Assembly: GCA_018696595.1 (NCBI GenBank)
Contig: JABHQW010000006.1
Coordinates: forward strand, 1 to 58,232
DNA: 58,232 nucleotides
Direction: 5' to 3'
Source: Candidatus Woesearchaeota archaeon
GTDB lineage: Archaea; Nanobdellota; Nanobdellia; Woesearchaeales; GW2011-AR9
The position numbers were made by a program, and so were the translations under genes. How positions within the stretch are numbered: the stretch's first letter is position 1; each line of letters opens with the position of its first letter. Positions 55,402 through 58,232 of the stretch are shown piece after piece. The notes below the pieces were generated by a model. The model was not told the DNA's origin. It did not search any database and worked only from the letters and a program-made list of their open reading frames with translations.

Positions 55402-56064
55402 ATGACAAATTTACAATTACCTTCAAATTTACTTGCAATTATGGCCCATGAAGATGATGAGGTTGGTGGATGTGGTGGCCTTTTAATAAAGAATCAACAA
55501 CTAGAAGGAGATTCACATGTAATTTGTTTTGGTGGTTCTGACCCAAAACGAGCAAAAGAATTTGAAGCTGCTTGTAAATTAATGGGAGTTTCAAGTCATC
55601 AACTGTTGGGTTATAGTGAACAAGATTATGACCAAAACAAATTAGAAAGAATAATTCAGATAAGAGATATTATTCTGAGAATAAAACCAGACTATGTTTT
55701 AACACATCGGTCTGCTGGTGATTATCATTTAAATCACCAAACAGTTTCAGAAATAGTAAAAAGATCCGCAATTATGGCAAATACTGCCAAAGAAGGAGTT
55801 AGAGTTAAAGGAATACTTTATACTGAGACACATTCACTTCATTCAGTAGTGCATGAATTAGTAGATGTAAGTGATGTCCAAGAATCTATTGAACAAGCAC
55901 TTCTATGTCATGAAAGTCAAATTAGTAAAAACGATGGATATTATTTAAAGTTAATTAGCAAAAGAAATAGTTTAAGAGGTTTACAAAACGGAACCCATTT
56001 TGCTGAAGCTTATCAATTTGAACCATTAGAATTAGTGGGGAATTTTCATAAGACTATAAAATGA
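55402..56064 (+). CDS. PIG-L/LmbE family deacetylase (BshB-like) 1
   Basis: AHEDDEVGGCGG, DYHLNH, ALLCHESQ, RG...AEAY. Confidence 0.88.
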   Translation: MTNLQLPSNLLAIMAHEDDEVGGCGGLLIKNQQLEGDSHVICFGGSDPKRAKEFEAACKLMGVSSHQLLGYSEQDYDQNKLERIIQIRDIILRIKPDYVLTHRSAGDYHLNHQTVSEIVKRSAIMANTAKEGVRVKGILYTETHSLHSVVHELVDVSDVQESIEQALLCHESQISKNDGYYLKLISKRNSLRGLQNGTHFAEAYQFEPLELVGNFHKTIK

Positions 56065-57179
56065 AACAATTAGCAGATTTATTAAAATCAGAAGAAGGAA
56101 CAGAATTCTTAAGGGAAAATGAAATTTATACTCATCCTGCTCAGTTTACAACCCAATTAAAAAAACCAACAGTTTTGTTTGGTGCAAAACAAGACCCAAT
56201 TGATAAGCCAGTAGTTTATGCAGGACAACAAATATATTTAGATTATACTGCTTCAGTTAGAGATAAAATCCAATTATTAGCAGAACTGGATGGACCAATT
56301 GACAGTTTTTTCTTATGGTTAGACACTGATAGAAGCGGATCAGATAAACTGATTAGTAAAATCATTTGGCCAGTGGATGAAACACAAGTAAGTATTAGTA
56401 TATCGACAGGGAAAAATAAAAATATAGAAACGCGGTTTGTAAAATTAGATCAAAAACAAATAAGAAGTTCTATAGATCGGCTAGGTACATTAATCCGACA
56501 AACCAACCCATCTCAGAAAGCTATTGAAAGTTATTCCGCATTAAGAAAACTATTTTCTGAAACCAATGCGAGTACTTTAGCCGAACTTAATTTAGAGGTC
56601 ACTAGTTTTTTAGTTGAAGATTATCTTCAAGTAAGCATAAATAATATAATTGCTTCTCAATTAATTCAAGACCCTATAGTTCTTGATGCCCTTAAATGTT
56701 TAATATCTCAAAGAGAAGGTGTCATAGAGGCATATAATAATAGTGTTCAAAAATTAGTTGAGTTAGGCATAGACCCACAAGTTAGAAAGCTTCCCCCATT
56801 TTACTTGCCCCTACATTTTTCTTGTGACCAAGACAATACTAGGGTCAATCTAACTTATAATAAAAAGGGAGAAGACCATTATGCCGCGGGCGAATGTAAA
56901 TGTGGTAAAACTTTTGAGTTCTTTATTGGTTCTAATACTAACGTTAATTTAGATGAAGTTGTGTCAACAAACAGATGGAGTCCTGATGTGACTTTGCCCT
57001 TATTACTACGAGAAGGTATTAGTGGTGCAATTGTTGGAAAAAGTTCTGCTTTGTATGGAATTGTTTTAAATCAAGTTCTCAAAGAAGCATTATCTAAAAC
57101 GCCAGTTCCAATGTTAGTGCCAAATTCTTCTGGAGACACAAATCCACAAAGTTTAATACATAATTATATAAATCAATAA
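56061..57179 (+). CDS. Divergent, C-terminally shortened BshC-like putative ligase
   Basis: GQQ...K...FLW, LDQ...ID, WSPDV.LP...G...Y...PMLVP are collinear with BshC motifs (by eye); ATGA-type overlap with the upstream gene. Confidence 0.65.
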   Translation: MKQLADLLKSEEGTEFLRENEIYTHPAQFTTQLKKPTVLFGAKQDPIDKPVVYAGQQIYLDYTASVRDKIQLLAELDGPIDSFFLWLDTDRSGSDKLISKIIWPVDETQVSISISTGKNKNIETRFVKLDQKQIRSSIDRLGTLIRQTNPSQKAIESYSALRKLFSETNASTLAELNLEVTSFLVEDYLQVSINNIIASQLIQDPIVLDALKCLISQREGVIEAYNNSVQKLVELGIDPQVRKLPPFYLPLHFSCDQDNTRVNLTYNKKGEDHYAAGECKCGKTFEFFIGSNTNVNLDEVVSTNRWSPDVTLPLLLREGISGAIVGKSSALYGIVLNQVLKEALSKTPVPMLVPNSSGDTNPQSLIHNYINQ

Positions 57180-57194
57180 ATAATCCTAAATCAA

Positions 57195-57896
57195 ATGAAA
57201 TTACTCTTAATTATAGCGCACCCGGACGATGAAATTTCATGTGCTGGAACAGTTGAAAAACTTAAAAAGGAAAAGGGAACTTGCAAGATTGTATGTTTCA
57301 CTGGAAATCCCATTAGAAATTCTGAATTAAAAGAAAGTTGTAAAAAACTAGGTGCAACATTTGAGACTTTTAATATTAAGGAAAATGAATTAAAAATTAA
57401 GATCCACAATTGTTATGAAAAATTAGTGAAGATTATTAGAGATTTCAAACCAGAGATTATCATTACTCAAGATCCAAAAGATTACCACCCCCACCACAGA
57501 TGGGTTTACAATATTGCAAAAGAAGCTGTAGAGTTTGCATCACATGATAAAAAAGGCCATACCACTCCTCTTTTCTTAAGTATGGAGACAAATAATTTAT
57601 TTCATGCTCCCGACATTTTTGTTGATATTTCAGAGGAGCAAAAGTTTAGAAATGAATTAATAAAAGTATATTCTTCAGAATTACAAAAAGAACATAAGAA
57701 AAATTATTACATAGAGTTTTGTGAAGCAAAATCAAGATTAAGAGGAGTGCAAGTTGGAACAGAACACGCGGAAGCATTCATTGTGAATAAACAACCAATT
57801 CACGGAAACTTTTATTCAAAATCAAGAGTAACAACTAATTTAAAACAATTAAACACTTTATCTTTAAATTCTTCTACAATACAAAATAAAGAATAA
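57195..57896 (+). CDS. PIG-L/LmbE family deacetylase (BshB-like) 2
   Basis: AHPDDEISCAG, DYHPHH, RLRGVQVG...AEAF. Confidence 0.88.
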   Translation: MKLLLIIAHPDDEISCAGTVEKLKKEKGTCKIVCFTGNPIRNSELKESCKKLGATFETFNIKENELKIKIHNCYEKLVKIIRDFKPEIIITQDPKDYHPHHRWVYNIAKEAVEFASHDKKGHTTPLFLSMETNNLFHAPDIFVDISEEQKFRNELIKVYSSELQKEHKKNYYIEFCEAKSRLRGVQVGTEHAEAFIVNKQPIHGNFYSKSRVTTNLKQLNTLSLNSSTIQNKE

Positions 57897-58232
57897 CAGG
57901 CAGTATCAAACAACCCATTAAATGATTCTTACCAACGCCCCAACTAGAAGCAAGTATTCCTACAGCGGTTGCAGTTACTAAAATAGTCAACCCGAGAAAA
58001 CCGTCAAAAAAGAAAGTTAACAAAGTTATGAAACCAACAATACTCCAAACAATGTAATTGTAATTCACTTTAACAATTAGTTTAGAAAAAACTTTAGAAA
58101 GATTAATTGCTAAGAAAGCAGCGATTCCACCAACTATTAAAGCAACCCCAAGAAATAATAAAACTTCTTGTATGCCAATCTCACCAAGCAATTTATTTAC
58201 AGTTAGGATGGCACCATTTCTAGCTTTTTGAA
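57874..58232 (-). CDS. TctA/DUF112-family membrane protein, C-terminal part (start lies beyond the window)
   Basis: Frame open to the window edge (...QKARNGAILTVNKLLG...); C-terminal GVGKNHLMGCLILPVILYF. Confidence 0.75.
   Translation of the reverse strand, partial: QKARNGAILTVNKLLGEIGIQEVLLFLGVALIVGGIAAFLAINLSKVFSKLIVKVNYNYIVWSIVGFITLLTFFFDGFLGLTILVTATAVGILASSWGVGKNHLMGCLILPVILYFVL

Noticed and set aside
1-58232. CRISPR array, IS element, integrase or prophage
   Set aside because: No regularly spaced short repeats, transposase, integrase or capsid genes seen.

Overview
Low-GC archaeal chromosome segment, most likely DPANN (Woesearchaeales-like). The domain call rests on eL21, Rpo4, L10e-type uL16, uS15, eL41/eS32, prefoldin alpha, BRE/TATA promoters and CCA-less tRNAs with BHB-type introns; the order-level call is inference. 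The window holds housekeeping genes (translation, SMC, XPD, FtsY, PPase, Prs, tRNA modification), two giant beta-helix surface proteins, two intron-containing tRNAs and a free-standing LAGLIDADG gene. Best candidate for an undescribed system: a four-gene operon at 54236-57896 (BshA-like GT4, PIG-L deacetylase, truncated and divergent BshC-like ligase, second PIG-L deacetylase). It looks like a bacillithiol-type or variant glucosamine-conjugate pathway in an archaeon, and sits behind a leaderless 25-codon micro-ORF. Other highlights: a tRNA-Leu intron whose BHB geometry points to position 8/9 next to a homing endonuclease, a chimeric archaeal/bacterial ThrRS, a bacterial-type Tgt, several candidate small RNAs, a shared LTGxxI motif in surface proteins, and tandem tail-anchored adenylate cyclases. 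All homology calls are by-eye motif recognition; no searches or folding computations were run.
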